A stretch of DNA of 64,000 nt, from assembly GCA_964585935.1 (NCBI GenBank), contig CAZPFO010000004.1:779-64778 (forward strand). The letters run 5' to 3'. Of this stretch, positions 19,398 through 27,565 are shown piece after piece; position 1 is the stretch's first letter; every line of letters starts with the position of its first letter. The notes under the pieces were generated by a model. It did not search any database and was not told the DNA's origin. It was given only the letters and a program-made list of their open reading frames with translations. The position numbers and the translations under genes are program-made. This DNA comes from an uncultured Methanosarcinales archaeon (lineage in GTDB: Archaea > Nanobdellota > Nanobdellia > Woesearchaeales > GW2011-AR4).

Positions 19398-19829
19398 TTA
19401 TTTATTTTTCTCCAAATAATCTATAAGGTATCTAATTGTTAAGTCTATTTTCAATTTTAATTCTTTCCAGGAATCCTTAGGCACTTTTGTGCCCCTGTAA
19501 TCAATTTCATTCCTGATCCTTCTTAAATCATGCAAAAAATCAAAATCCAGCTCTAAATCTTTATGTTTTTCTTCTATATAAAAGAATAAGCAGTCATGAG
19601 TTTCACTCTTAAATCCATCTCTATTGATTAATGCAGTAAGCAACTCCTTTATTAATTCGTAATGTGACTCAATCAAAATTGTTGGGTAGTCTTCAGCAAT
19701 TTTCATTACTTTCCTCCAAAATTCCAGCTTGTACTTAACTAAATTAATTATCTCTATACTCCTATCCTCTATTTTTTCTATGGGTTTTATCAGCCTTTCT
19801 TTAACACATTGATTATAATCCCGCCTCAT
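19398..19829 (-). CDS. HEPN-domain protein (toxin of an MNT/HEPN pair)
   Basis: 143 aa, all-helical, with the LRRIRNEIDYRG motif (R..RN...Y) of the classical HEPN family. 4-nt overlap with the upstream MNT gene. Confidence 0.7.
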   Translation of the reverse strand: MRRDYNQCVKERLIKPIEKIEDRSIEIINLVKYKLEFWRKVMKIAEDYPTILIESHYELIKELLTALINRDGFKSETHDCLFFYIEEKHKDLELDFDFLHDLRRIRNEIDYRGTKVPKDSWKELKLKIDLTIRYLIDYLEKNK

Positions 19830-20347
19830 GCTTTTAGCCTCCCATTAATTGAAATGCCATCATTTAGCAAACCTGTTTTCATGCCTTCATTAAGGTTTTG
19901 CCACTTTTCTTCAAAAAAGAGGTTAATCTTCCTTTTTAATCTTTTCTCATATTTACTAAGGTTCAATTTATCTTTCTTCGACTGGATGAATATATCTATA
20001 TCTGAATCTTCATAATAATCCCCTCTTGCACAAGAACCAAATAGAATGCCAGCTTTTTCTCTTAATTTTTTGTTGAGATATTGGGGCAAGCCGCTAATAA
20101 ATATGCTATCCAGCATCTTTTCACGCTTAATATTAAGAAAAAATTTGTTCCTGTAATTTGCCCCATAAGTCGGGGTATTTAGGTCATTATACTCTTTTAC
20201 CAGGCCAAGTTTGACTAAATCCCTGAGGTATTTTTTTACTGTCTTAAAATCGTAGCCCGTCTTATTGATTATTTTGCTAGCTTGAAGCCTATTTAAGCCT
20301 GAATAAAAGAACTGTTCGATAATATTGAAAGTTGTTTTGTTTAGCAT
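19826..20347 (-). CDS. wHTH-fused minimal nucleotidyltransferase (MNT antitoxin-type)
   Basis: GSCARGDYYEDSDIDIFI is the GSxxRG...SDxD pol-beta NTase signature. The N-terminal ~60 aa look like a winged helix. Confidence 0.85.
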   Translation of the reverse strand: MLNKTTFNIIEQFFYSGLNRLQASKIINKTGYDFKTVKKYLRDLVKLGLVKEYNDLNTPTYGANYRNKFFLNIKREKMLDSIFISGLPQYLNKKLREKAGILFGSCARGDYYEDSDIDIFIQSKKDKLNLSKYEKRLKRKINLFFEEKWQNLNEGMKTGLLNDGISINGRLKA

Positions 20348-20354
20348 TTTAATT

Positions 20355-20394
20355 ATTGGAATTTAATCCAATTGATATGGAATTTGTTCCATAT
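20355..20394. promoter_or_regulatory. two adjacent palindromes between the TATA-like box and the MNT start (candidate operator)
   Basis: ATTGGA-N6-TCCAAT (20355-20372) and ATATGGAA-TTTG-TTCCATAT (20375-20394). Shared TGGAATTT cores lie 21 bp apart. A TATA-like TTTTAAATATAT on the minus strand sits at 20391-20402. Confidence 0.45.
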
Positions 20395-20465
20395 ATTTAA
20401 AACTTTCGATTTTATCCTTACTTTTTATTCTATTCAAAGAAAACATTGAAATTAAAGCAGGCTCA

Positions 20466-20500
20466 TTTAACCCAACAGAATCCGGCGATAAAAGAAATGA
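20466..20500 (+). repeat. 35-bp exact direct repeat, right copy
   Basis: Identical to 19176-19210. Flanking sequence is only about 70 percent identical. Confidence 0.9.
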
Positions 20501-20582
20501 TGAAAATATAATAATAATTCACGATAAAGAAATTGCGGGAAAATATCTGGATGAGTTTGAGAAGGTATGGAATTTGGGATGA
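20466..20582 (+). pseudogene. orphan 3'-terminal fragment of a PLD-family gene
   Basis: Translates to FNPTESGDKRNDENIIIIHDKEIAGKYLDEFEKVWNLG*, colinear with the last 37 aa of the 18330..19286 protein (FNPTESGDKRNDENLLIIHDKGIAGKYLKEFEEVWG*). No start codon and no upstream PLD sequence. Confidence 0.75.
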
Positions 20583-20640
20583 ATATTTTAGTTATTAAAG
20601 AAATGTTTAAATAAAGGATTAAACACCTTTCTTTAGGTGG

Positions 20641-21321
20641 ATGGTTTTGGCTGAAAAAGATAATAAAAAAAATAAACATTGGGTTTGGTTAGTTTTAGGT
20701 TGGTTAGTTTTAACAATTTTATCTTCTATAATTGGCTTCAATTATGGACTTTTTCAGGTGAAAATAAGTGAAAAAGCCGACATAGATATCACAATGCCTA
20801 CAGAATTAGAAGATGATATGTTACCTATATGGCTGGATAATATAGGGGATAAGGAGTTAACAAATATTAGAGTAAAAATAAGTTCTTGCAATATGGACTA
20901 CAACAAAACTTTCTCGATTGAGAAAATTACTAAAGATAGAAAAGCAAGGATACCATTCAAAGAAAATAAGACTATTGATAAATTTAATAGATTAGCCTGC
21001 AATGACATAAGGGAAGTTAATTTATCAAAATATGAAATACAGATTCAGACATATAAACATAACGAAACAGGAGTATTGATCACCCCTCAGCAAAAATTTG
21101 TAAGAGAGATGTGTATGTATTGTTATTGGGATATTTATTTCTACTCAGATCAACTGAATACGACTTTTAGAAAATATACCTATCAAGCTGGTGATTTAAC
21201 TTATGAAGTGGGGGATAAAGCAATAAATATAACTATAGCAGAATTACCACCTGAATTTAAACCATACAGCCCAATTGGTTGTTCTATGTTTGATGGTAGA
21301 ATTATGGACGCTTATTCTTAA
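20641..21321 (+). CDS. N-terminally TM-anchored protein, function unknown
   Basis: AGGTGG Shine-Dalgarno-like motif immediately before the ATG. One TM (WVWLVLGWLVLTILSSIIGF), then a 190-aa Cys-containing domain with no recognised family. Confidence 0.4.
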   Translation: MVLAEKDNKKNKHWVWLVLGWLVLTILSSIIGFNYGLFQVKISEKADIDITMPTELEDDMLPIWLDNIGDKELTNIRVKISSCNMDYNKTFSIEKITKDRKARIPFKENKTIDKFNRLACNDIREVNLSKYEIQIQTYKHNETGVLITPQQKFVREMCMYCYWDIYFYSDQLNTTFRKYTYQAGDLTYEVGDKAINITIAELPPEFKPYSPIGCSMFDGRIMDAYS

Positions 21322-21391
21322 AATTAAAAAAAACAGAGAATACTCTCTTTATATCTATAATTATTTAAACCATCTCGATTTATAATGTTCT

Positions 21392-22066
21392 ATGATTCCA
21401 AAACTACCCATTTTAGATATTATGGATTTGATTAATGAGAGATTTAAACAGTTGAACCGCCAAATAAATGACGGACTTAAGGCCTATAAAAAACGTAATG
21501 AAAAAATAAGGAAATCTAATGAAAGATGGATATTGGCTGGAAAAGTCCCTATGAATTTAATTACCTTATATGACCACCGTAGAAATAAATTCAAGAAGTT
21601 CATCACAAGAAAGAAGGGAATACCTGAAGTTCTAAAAATTTTAGAATCAAATAAATTTATCAAACCATTCTTAAAAATTATAAAAAGTGCTTTAATCGGA
21701 CATTGTAAAAAAGATTATTATGTTTCTATACCTCTACTATTATTATCGATAGATGGGGCATTTATAAGATATGGTAAAGAAAATGGGATTGTAGTTGGAG
21801 GTAAGATCAAGAGTAAAAAAAGCGTTAAAAAAATACGAGAAAGATACGCAAATATGGATTCGGTTTTAGAAGAAATATACTATCTTTTTGACAAGCCTTT
21901 TTGTGATTTTATGACAAAGACTATTAAAAACAAAGCTTGGAAATATAAAGGGTTATGGCAATTCAGAAATGATGTTATGCATGGAATACAACCAAACTAT
22001 AATGATGAACAGTGGTCTCTTAGATTGATATACGTTTTAACAATTTTACGCTATACACTTAAGTAG
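21392..22066 (+). CDS. hypothetical protein with HEPN-like Rx4H motif
   Basis: Helical 224-aa protein. C-terminal LWQFRNDVMHG (R192-H197, nt 21965-21982) fits the Rx4-6H HEPN RNase signature, as in Abi-type HEPN proteins. Confidence 0.4.
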   Translation: MIPKLPILDIMDLINERFKQLNRQINDGLKAYKKRNEKIRKSNERWILAGKVPMNLITLYDHRRNKFKKFITRKKGIPEVLKILESNKFIKPFLKIIKSALIGHCKKDYYVSIPLLLLSIDGAFIRYGKENGIVVGGKIKSKKSVKKIRERYANMDSVLEEIYYLFDKPFCDFMTKTIKNKAWKYKGLWQFRNDVMHGIQPNYNDEQWSLRLIYVLTILRYTLK

Positions 22067-22271
22067 TTATATCAATTAAAACATTAAAATAAAAAACTTA
22101 TTTTACGGCTCATCTTTTTGTTCTAGTGTTATATTATCTATCGGTTTCTTGAATATTATAAACCAAATAAACCTAAAAATAAATATTGTCATTGCTTCTT
22201 AAAAAGATTTAAGCCTTAAAATTTTCCCATTTTTAATATTTTATGTTATGGTGTAAAAAGAATTAGAACCC

Positions 22272-22286
22272 GTGCTCAGTGGGCAG
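22272..22286. repeat. 15-bp perfect inverted repeat, left arm
   Basis: GTGCTCAGTGGGCAG is the reverse complement of 22699-22713. Confidence 0.9.
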
Positions 22287-22310
22287 TAGTTTATATAAGG
22301 ATAAACTACT
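22285..22310 (-). terminator. 10-bp perfect hairpin overlapping the stop codon of the wHTH gene
   Basis: AGTAGTTTAT (22285-22294) pairs with ATAAACTACT (22301-22310) around a 6-nt loop. Function inferred. Confidence 0.35.
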
Positions 22311-22635
22311 TTAAATACTTTTCTATTTCTGCTTTATTGATAGTATTTCTTAGCTCCTTTAATTTTTTAGTAATTGGGTTATCAAGATTGACTCTATAAA
22401 ATTTTATCCTACCTACTTCTTTTTCTATCTTTATTATTTCCATTTCTAATAACTTAGGGATAATTAGTTTTACTGAAGGGTATGATACTCTCGATTGTTC
22501 ACTAATTTCAGTCATAGCCCAACTTTCCCTATCATTTTCTACCAAAAAATCTAATATCCTACTTGTTGGATTACTCCCTAAAACCCCTATAAAGTTAGTA
22601 TTGGTTTCTAAAATAACCTCACTCATTTTTGCCAC
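22306..22635 (-). CDS. winged-helix DNA-binding protein (ArsR/MarR-like)
   Basis: 109 aa. SRILDFLVEN...WAMTEISEQSRVSYPSVKLIIPKLLEMEIIKIEKEVGRIKFYRVN is a typical archaeal wHTH layout. Confidence 0.6.
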   Translation of the reverse strand: MAKMSEVILETNTNFIGVLGSNPTSRILDFLVENDRESWAMTEISEQSRVSYPSVKLIIPKLLEMEIIKIEKEVGRIKFYRVNLDNPITKKLKELRNTINKAEIEKYLK

Positions 22636-22698
22636 CTTTTCATCCTCTTTTTTATATATGAATAAATAAATATCAAGGTGGACAGACGGTCAACCCAT

Positions 22699-22713
22699 CT
22701 GCCCACTGAGCAC
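22699..22713. repeat. 15-bp perfect inverted repeat, right arm
   Basis: CTGCCCACTGAGCAC. Lies upstream of the TATA-like box of the wHTH gene, so gene plus promoter are enclosed by the repeat pair. Confidence 0.9.
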
Positions 22714-23236
22714 ATATTGTTTGTTAGTGTCTTTTCATTCCTTCTTTAGTCAATTGTATCGCTTTGTTTCCTTTGTGGTAATACTTAATCAATTCCATGT
22801 ATCTAAATTCATGTTGATTAAGTATTTTATCTCTCTTTTCACTAACCCCTTTTCGTGGCTTTTCCAACCGCATCTTAAAAGGGTATCCACTGAGATATGG
22901 TTCTTACCCCATACCCGTCTTGACACTAACTTCCCCAATACTGCCCTGCCGATTTTGGTTAATGGTGTTACCATTGTTCCTCCATCCTGCCATTACTGTT
23001 CTTTAGGAACAGTACGGGGATATTATGGATAAATAGAACAGGTATTTAAATGTTGTGTTTTTTATCCATGCAAGGATAAAAATGTCAATACCATCCGTTA
23101 AATACTTTTCTCAGATTTCTTTCTTCAAAACGATATACCATTTTAAGGTAATTAACCTATTTGTATTTAAAAACTTTCCTTTATCTTTCACCTTAGCAAA
23201 AACATTTATAAACCCCTAACTCCTACAAAAAACCTA

Positions 23237-24295
23237 ATGAAAAATAAATCAAAAACCCTCTTAGCTATTGGAGACGAAAAAGACTTTGATTCATTTATGA
23301 AGTTCTATAAGCAAAGGAAATTCTTTAGCAAAAGCAACATCGCTTTCAAGAGTGTTGATTATTTTTCTTTATTAAAAAATAAATTCCCTGAAATAAAAAC
23401 AAAAGAACTGGTTATTTTTCTTTTTTTCCCATTCAAGTATTGGGATAAGCATATTGAGCCAAAAGACTACAAGGAGGTTTATGGCAACAGGGAATTTTAT
23501 ACTAAATTCACCAAATTCTGGAAAGTTGTAGAGAAAAAAATAAATGATTTTTATGCAGGCAAAAGAATAATTTACATAAACCCTCCAAGAAACCTTGCAA
23601 AAGACCGTGACAAAGAATTAACAAAAGATATTGTTTCTGGGTCAGGTGTCTTAGTTCCTAAAAAATTCAATGCAAGAAGGATAGAAGGCATCCTGAAATT
23701 GTTAAATGAAGGCTATAAGCTATTCATAAAAGTAAGATTCGGAAGCATGGGCAAGGGCATTACATATCTCGAAAAAGACAGGTGGATGACTAACTTCAGG
23801 TTCAGGAAAGGGAAGATTGTAAGCAAAAAATCAGATTATGGCTGGAGTTTTATAGATATAACTGATAATAAAAGATTTCTGAAAGAAATATTAAAAGAAG
23901 ATATAATAATAGAAGAAGCCATAAACCCCCTGCTTATCAAAGGAAGAAAGTTTGATCTCAGGATGTATGTCTTTAAAAATAAAATCCTTTATATATATGG
24001 AAGAAGTAACGATGCTGAAGCTGTAACAACCAACATTTCCCAAGGCGCAGTAGGAGAAAAAGCAAGTTTTGCAAACATACTGCCAAAAAAACAGCTCGAA
24101 TCTGCAAAAAAAAGCGCAATAAAATCAATTAAAGCCCTTGGACTGAATTTTGGGGGTGTTGACATAATGCTCTGCTCTGACAGAAAAAGCGCAATGTTTA
24201 TTGAGATAAATGCTTTTCCCGGATTCCCAAAAATAAAAAGGCATAATTTAAGCAAATTTCTCATTAAAGAGGTAATAAGAGGCTATGGTAAATGA
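23237..24295 (+). CDS. ATP-grasp ligase (RimK/YheC-YheD/TTL-like)
   Basis: FIKVRFGSMGKGITYLE, RKFDLRMYVF, AVTTNISQGA and GGVDIM...EINAFPG follow the ATP-grasp order. Confidence 0.7.
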   Translation: MKNKSKTLLAIGDEKDFDSFMKFYKQRKFFSKSNIAFKSVDYFSLLKNKFPEIKTKELVIFLFFPFKYWDKHIEPKDYKEVYGNREFYTKFTKFWKVVEKKINDFYAGKRIIYINPPRNLAKDRDKELTKDIVSGSGVLVPKKFNARRIEGILKLLNEGYKLFIKVRFGSMGKGITYLEKDRWMTNFRFRKGKIVSKKSDYGWSFIDITDNKRFLKEILKEDIIIEEAINPLLIKGRKFDLRMYVFKNKILYIYGRSNDAEAVTTNISQGAVGEKASFANILPKKQLESAKKSAIKSIKALGLNFGGVDIMLCSDRKSAMFIEINAFPGFPKIKRHNLSKFLIKEVIRGYGK

Positions 24296-24756
24296 AAATA
24301 AGAAAGGCAACTTTGGATGATTTTGAGGCATTAAAAAGATTCAAGATTTTGTCAAAGAAAGAAGAATTAAAATACAGCAAAACCCTGAAACCATTAAAGC
24401 AGACAAAAGAACAATATTTTAATTACTTAAAACAGGATCTAAGAAGCAAAACAAGAGAAATTTTTGTTGCTGTTGAAGGTGAAAAAATAATAGGCATGGT
24501 TCTGGGCAAAGGCTATAACACCATCTCAATCTCTAAATATAAGAAGAAAGGCTATATGAGCAATCTTTATATTGATAAGGCCTATAGAAAAAAAGGCATC
24601 GGCAAAAAACTGATTCTCTACACACTAAAATGGCTCAAAAAGCAGGGCGTTCCCCATGTCACAGTAGAAATCCACATAAAAAACCCGGCTGCCCAGAACT
24701 TATACTGCAAATTAGGATTTAAGGATTATACGATAAAGAAGACTAAGGATATTTAA
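24292..24756 (+). CDS. GNAT-family N-acetyltransferase
   Basis: YRKKGIGKKLILYTLKWLKKQG (acetyl-CoA Q/RxxGxG/A motif) and NPAAQNLYCKLGF. ATGA overlap with the ATP-grasp gene. Confidence 0.85.
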   Translation: MKIRKATLDDFEALKRFKILSKKEELKYSKTLKPLKQTKEQYFNYLKQDLRSKTREIFVAVEGEKIIGMVLGKGYNTISISKYKKKGYMSNLYIDKAYRKKGIGKKLILYTLKWLKKQGVPHVTVEIHIKNPAAQNLYCKLGFKDYTIKKTKDI

Positions 24757-24820
24757 GTTATTTCTTCGTAGTAGTAAAAATAGAAAGGTTTAAAAACTTA
24801 CTTCGATTAATTTATTTAAA

Positions 24821-25564
24821 ATGTCAAAAAAAATAGCAATCATAGATTTTCCTAAAGAAGGAGAAGAGACTAGCTGGTTTGTAGTTAAAGATATTGCCAG
24901 AAAGGGTGATGGTGGCCTAGTTGGATGTATAAATGACCATGGTTTTGAATCGAAGTTAATAGATTACAGATCATTAAATTCTAACAAATTCGATCCTAAT
25001 GAATTCTTAGCAGTATTTTATGCATCAGGATGGACTCATATCAAAGATCCAAAAAAGAAAGAAATTAATTCGCATACAAGAGAGATTAACCATGCATTAT
25101 TGCCAGCATGTGAAATATATGATAAATGTGTTGAGTCAGAAACACCCATTGTTGCATTCACTCATGGAAGCGAGGTACTGGCATTTTATACAGGAGGAAA
25201 TTATTCCCCATTAAAAGGGGAAATGCAAAGGAAAAAAGTGTATAAGGAATATGTAGCAGACATGCAGCTACCAGCAAATCATTGGCTGTTTAACCATCCA
25301 AATAATATTTTTCCAGGAGACATTAAAGCGAGAGAATGTAGAGATTATAAAATTGACTTAGAAAGAAGTGACTTTAAGGCTTTGCTTTGGCCTGAAGACA
25401 AATTACTAGGGCCGGTTATAGCTGTTCATAAAAAAGACTCGGATATTACTGCTGTTTTATTAATGATCCATCCTGAGTATGATAAGAATTTATCTGCATA
25501 TAATTTAATGGGCAATATATTTGCAAAAATAAAGTATGCAGGAAGTGAAATGAAAAGAGGTTAA
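24821..25564 (+). CDS. class I glutamine amidotransferase-like protein with the nucleophile Cys replaced
   Basis: KIAIIDF start. PIVAFTHGSEVLAFYTGG sits where GATase1 has PvLGICLGhQ (Thr instead of Cys). LLMIHPEYD corresponds to QFHPE. Confidence 0.45.
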   Translation: MSKKIAIIDFPKEGEETSWFVVKDIARKGDGGLVGCINDHGFESKLIDYRSLNSNKFDPNEFLAVFYASGWTHIKDPKKKEINSHTREINHALLPACEIYDKCVESETPIVAFTHGSEVLAFYTGGNYSPLKGEMQRKKVYKEYVADMQLPANHWLFNHPNNIFPGDIKARECRDYKIDLERSDFKALLWPEDKLLGPVIAVHKKDSDITAVLLMIHPEYDKNLSAYNLMGNIFAKIKYAGSEMKRG

Positions 25565-26287
25565 TTACGCTGCCTTTTTACTCTTGTAACCTTTAGCATG
25601 AATTTGATTAAGAATACTATACATCAAATCCTTGCCAACCCCTTGCTCACCATGGCCTTGAATCCCTATATGCCTCGGATTTGATTTTGACCTGAAAATT
25701 TCATATATGCGTGTTTTTTTACCATCTTCAAATTCTTTTTCACTCGTAGCGATTGCTTCAAGTTTTGATTCGGATTTCTTATTTACTGGAATAGCCCACT
25801 GATGTTCCTTATGGATATAGGCCTTTTGCTTTCTCCCCCTCCCATGTATCTCAATTTCTTGTTTGCCTTTCTGGTAGTCTTTCAATCTACCGACATCAGC
25901 ACCTTCTTTATTAGCAAGAACTTGTGCACTATAACAGGTAGTTAAAATGTGAGTATCTTTATCTGCATTATCTAGAATATAACCTGTTGCTTCATCATTA
26001 AGGTTTTTCTTATTTCTACTGCCAGAGGGGTGGATTATATCATAACCCTTAAGAGCCTTGCCACTTTTATCGCTGTCTTTTAATTTTCTAATTGCTTCGT
26101 CAGTCTTTACAGTTACATCATATATGATTTCTTGATGATTCTGATACATATCTTTAAGATGTTTTGTATAATCTGACCCGTGATCCACAATGAGAACCTT
26201 AGGATTATATTCCGATTTAGTGGATGATTTTTCAGAAACTCCTTTCTTTGATTTTCTAGATTTGGCAATATTTTTTACTTTAGCCAT
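25565..26287 (-). CDS. class I glutamine amidotransferase-like protein (GuaA-N-like) with Lys-rich N-terminal tail
   Basis: KVLIVDHGSDYTKHL (compare ILDFGSQYTQL), ILTTCYSAQVLA (compare GICYGMQ) and GIQGHGE (compare QFHPE). Its stop abuts the convergent paralogue with no spacer. Confidence 0.5.
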   Translation of the reverse strand: MAKVKNIAKSRKSKKGVSEKSSTKSEYNPKVLIVDHGSDYTKHLKDMYQNHQEIIYDVTVKTDEAIRKLKDSDKSGKALKGYDIIHPSGSRNKKNLNDEATGYILDNADKDTHILTTCYSAQVLANKEGADVGRLKDYQKGKQEIEIHGRGRKQKAYIHKEHQWAIPVNKKSESKLEAIATSEKEFEDGKKTRIYEIFRSKSNPRHIGIQGHGEQGVGKDLMYSILNQIHAKGYKSKKAA

Positions 26288-26339
26288 AATACCCTTATCA
26301 AGAACCAGAAATATATAAATTTATTTATTATTCTAGAGT

Positions 26340-27416
26340 TTATACGTTCTCTTCAACTTCAACCAAAATCTTTTCCTCAAACTTACCCAGAATTCCTTTC
26401 CCTTTAGCATACTCAAATATGCCATTCTCAGTCATCAAACCAGATTCTATTTCCTTGCCATTAGCAACATCAAGAACATGCGGCACAATCATCTCACTTA
26501 AACGAACAGAAGAATCACGTGGTATTGCAGAAGGAAGGTTATCAACACAAAAATGCGTTATTCCATCAAAAACATACGTTGGTTTTTGCCATGTAGTTGG
26601 AATGCAGCTCTCAATTGCGCCATTTTCATCACAAGAAATATCTATAATAACTGCTGTTCTTTTCATCAGCCTAAGCATATCATTATTAATAATCCTTGGT
26701 TCGCCAGGATACCAGTCAATCGCATTAACAATTATGTCTGCCTTAGGCAAATATTGATCAATAAAAACTGTCTTGTCCCTGTACAACACATTTGGCTCTA
26801 TTTTAGTATATTTTAAAACTCCCTGTGCTCCTGAAGAGACTCTTCCCTTGCCGAAAATATAAACATTAACATTATTATTAACTTTTGCCTCTTCAAGCGC
26901 TTTATAGACTTCTTTAACACAAAAATATTTCTTGATAGGCTTCAAAGCCTTAAACCTGTTCCTAAAACCATGCTTTTCAAGAATCTTGCCGTATAGCCTT
27001 AAGCCTTCATACATCCCAACTATGCCTGCCTCAGCGCCCAAATTAACCAACCTGTCTCCTTTTTCATCCCTTATCTCTTCATAAGCATAGCTTGTTGTAT
27101 TCTGGGTAAGCAATTTCTTTAATAAAGCCATATTCTGGCCCTTTTCAACATGCAGATACCCCATTATTATCTGGTTTTTCCTTACAGTAGCTAATGGCGG
27201 CTCCTTAACCCTGACGATCATTTCGCAATCATAAACATCATCAACAATAACAGCTCCTGCTTTTTCATAATCCCTATTAGAGAACTTGCATTTCTTGCCA
27301 GTATTCTTTTCAACAAACACTCTATGCCCTGCTTTAGTCAATAATCTAACATGATCTGGTATTAAAGCTACTCTAAACTCCCCTAATTTGGTTTCTTTTG
27401 GTATCCCTATTATCAT
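26340..27416 (-). CDS. alanine dehydrogenase/PNT-family NAD-dependent dehydrogenase (saccharopine DH or CEOS-like)
   Basis: MIIGIPKETKLGEFRVALIPDHV is the AlaDH/PNT N-terminal signature. The atypical dinucleotide loop IFGKGRVSSGA is closer to the saccharopine DH / carboxyethyl-ornithine synthase branch. Confidence 0.65.
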   Translation of the reverse strand: MIIGIPKETKLGEFRVALIPDHVRLLTKAGHRVFVEKNTGKKCKFSNRDYEKAGAVIVDDVYDCEMIVRVKEPPLATVRKNQIIMGYLHVEKGQNMALLKKLLTQNTTSYAYEEIRDEKGDRLVNLGAEAGIVGMYEGLRLYGKILEKHGFRNRFKALKPIKKYFCVKEVYKALEEAKVNNNVNVYIFGKGRVSSGAQGVLKYTKIEPNVLYRDKTVFIDQYLPKADIIVNAIDWYPGEPRIINNDMLRLMKRTAVIIDISCDENGAIESCIPTTWQKPTYVFDGITHFCVDNLPSAIPRDSSVRLSEMIVPHVLDVANGKEIESGLMTENGIFEYAKGKGILGKFEEKILVEVEENV

Positions 27417-27565
27417 TTTATAGATGTGATAGCATAATCAAGAACGAATGCTAACCCCCTTATATAAGGAAAAATTAACCATTTATAATACTTACGGTTC
27501 TGAATAGGTAAAAATAATCGGATTTTAGAAAAAGATTTTTAAATAAGCTTGTATTTTCAATTTCT

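Larger units (their letters stand above)
19211..20465. mobile_element. candidate integrated cassette carrying the MNT/HEPN module
   Basis: About 1.25 kb bounded by the 35-bp direct repeats. The right repeat is followed by a displaced, diverged copy of the PLD 3' end. No integrase inside. Confidence 0.4.

Noticed and set aside
20467-20679. 70-aa minus-strand ORF
   Set aside because: It lies antisense to the PLD 3' fragment and to the promoter/start of the 20641 gene, is hydrophobic and low-complexity, and has no start context. It is most likely spurious.
22721-23032. ORFs 22721..23032 (+) and 22789..22974 (-) as genes or as an integrase/transposase pseudogene
   Set aside because: The plus ORF is low-complexity with no family resemblance. 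The minus ORF (…HISVDTLLRCGWKSHEKGL…) vaguely recalls a transposase HTH, and an adjacent frame ends in …KYYHKGN…. The resemblance is too weak to call without a profile search. It is mentioned only as context for the islet.
25020-25214. 64-aa nested ORF within the GATase-like gene
   Set aside because: It is an alternative frame of a longer ORF with recognisable motifs and has no independent support.
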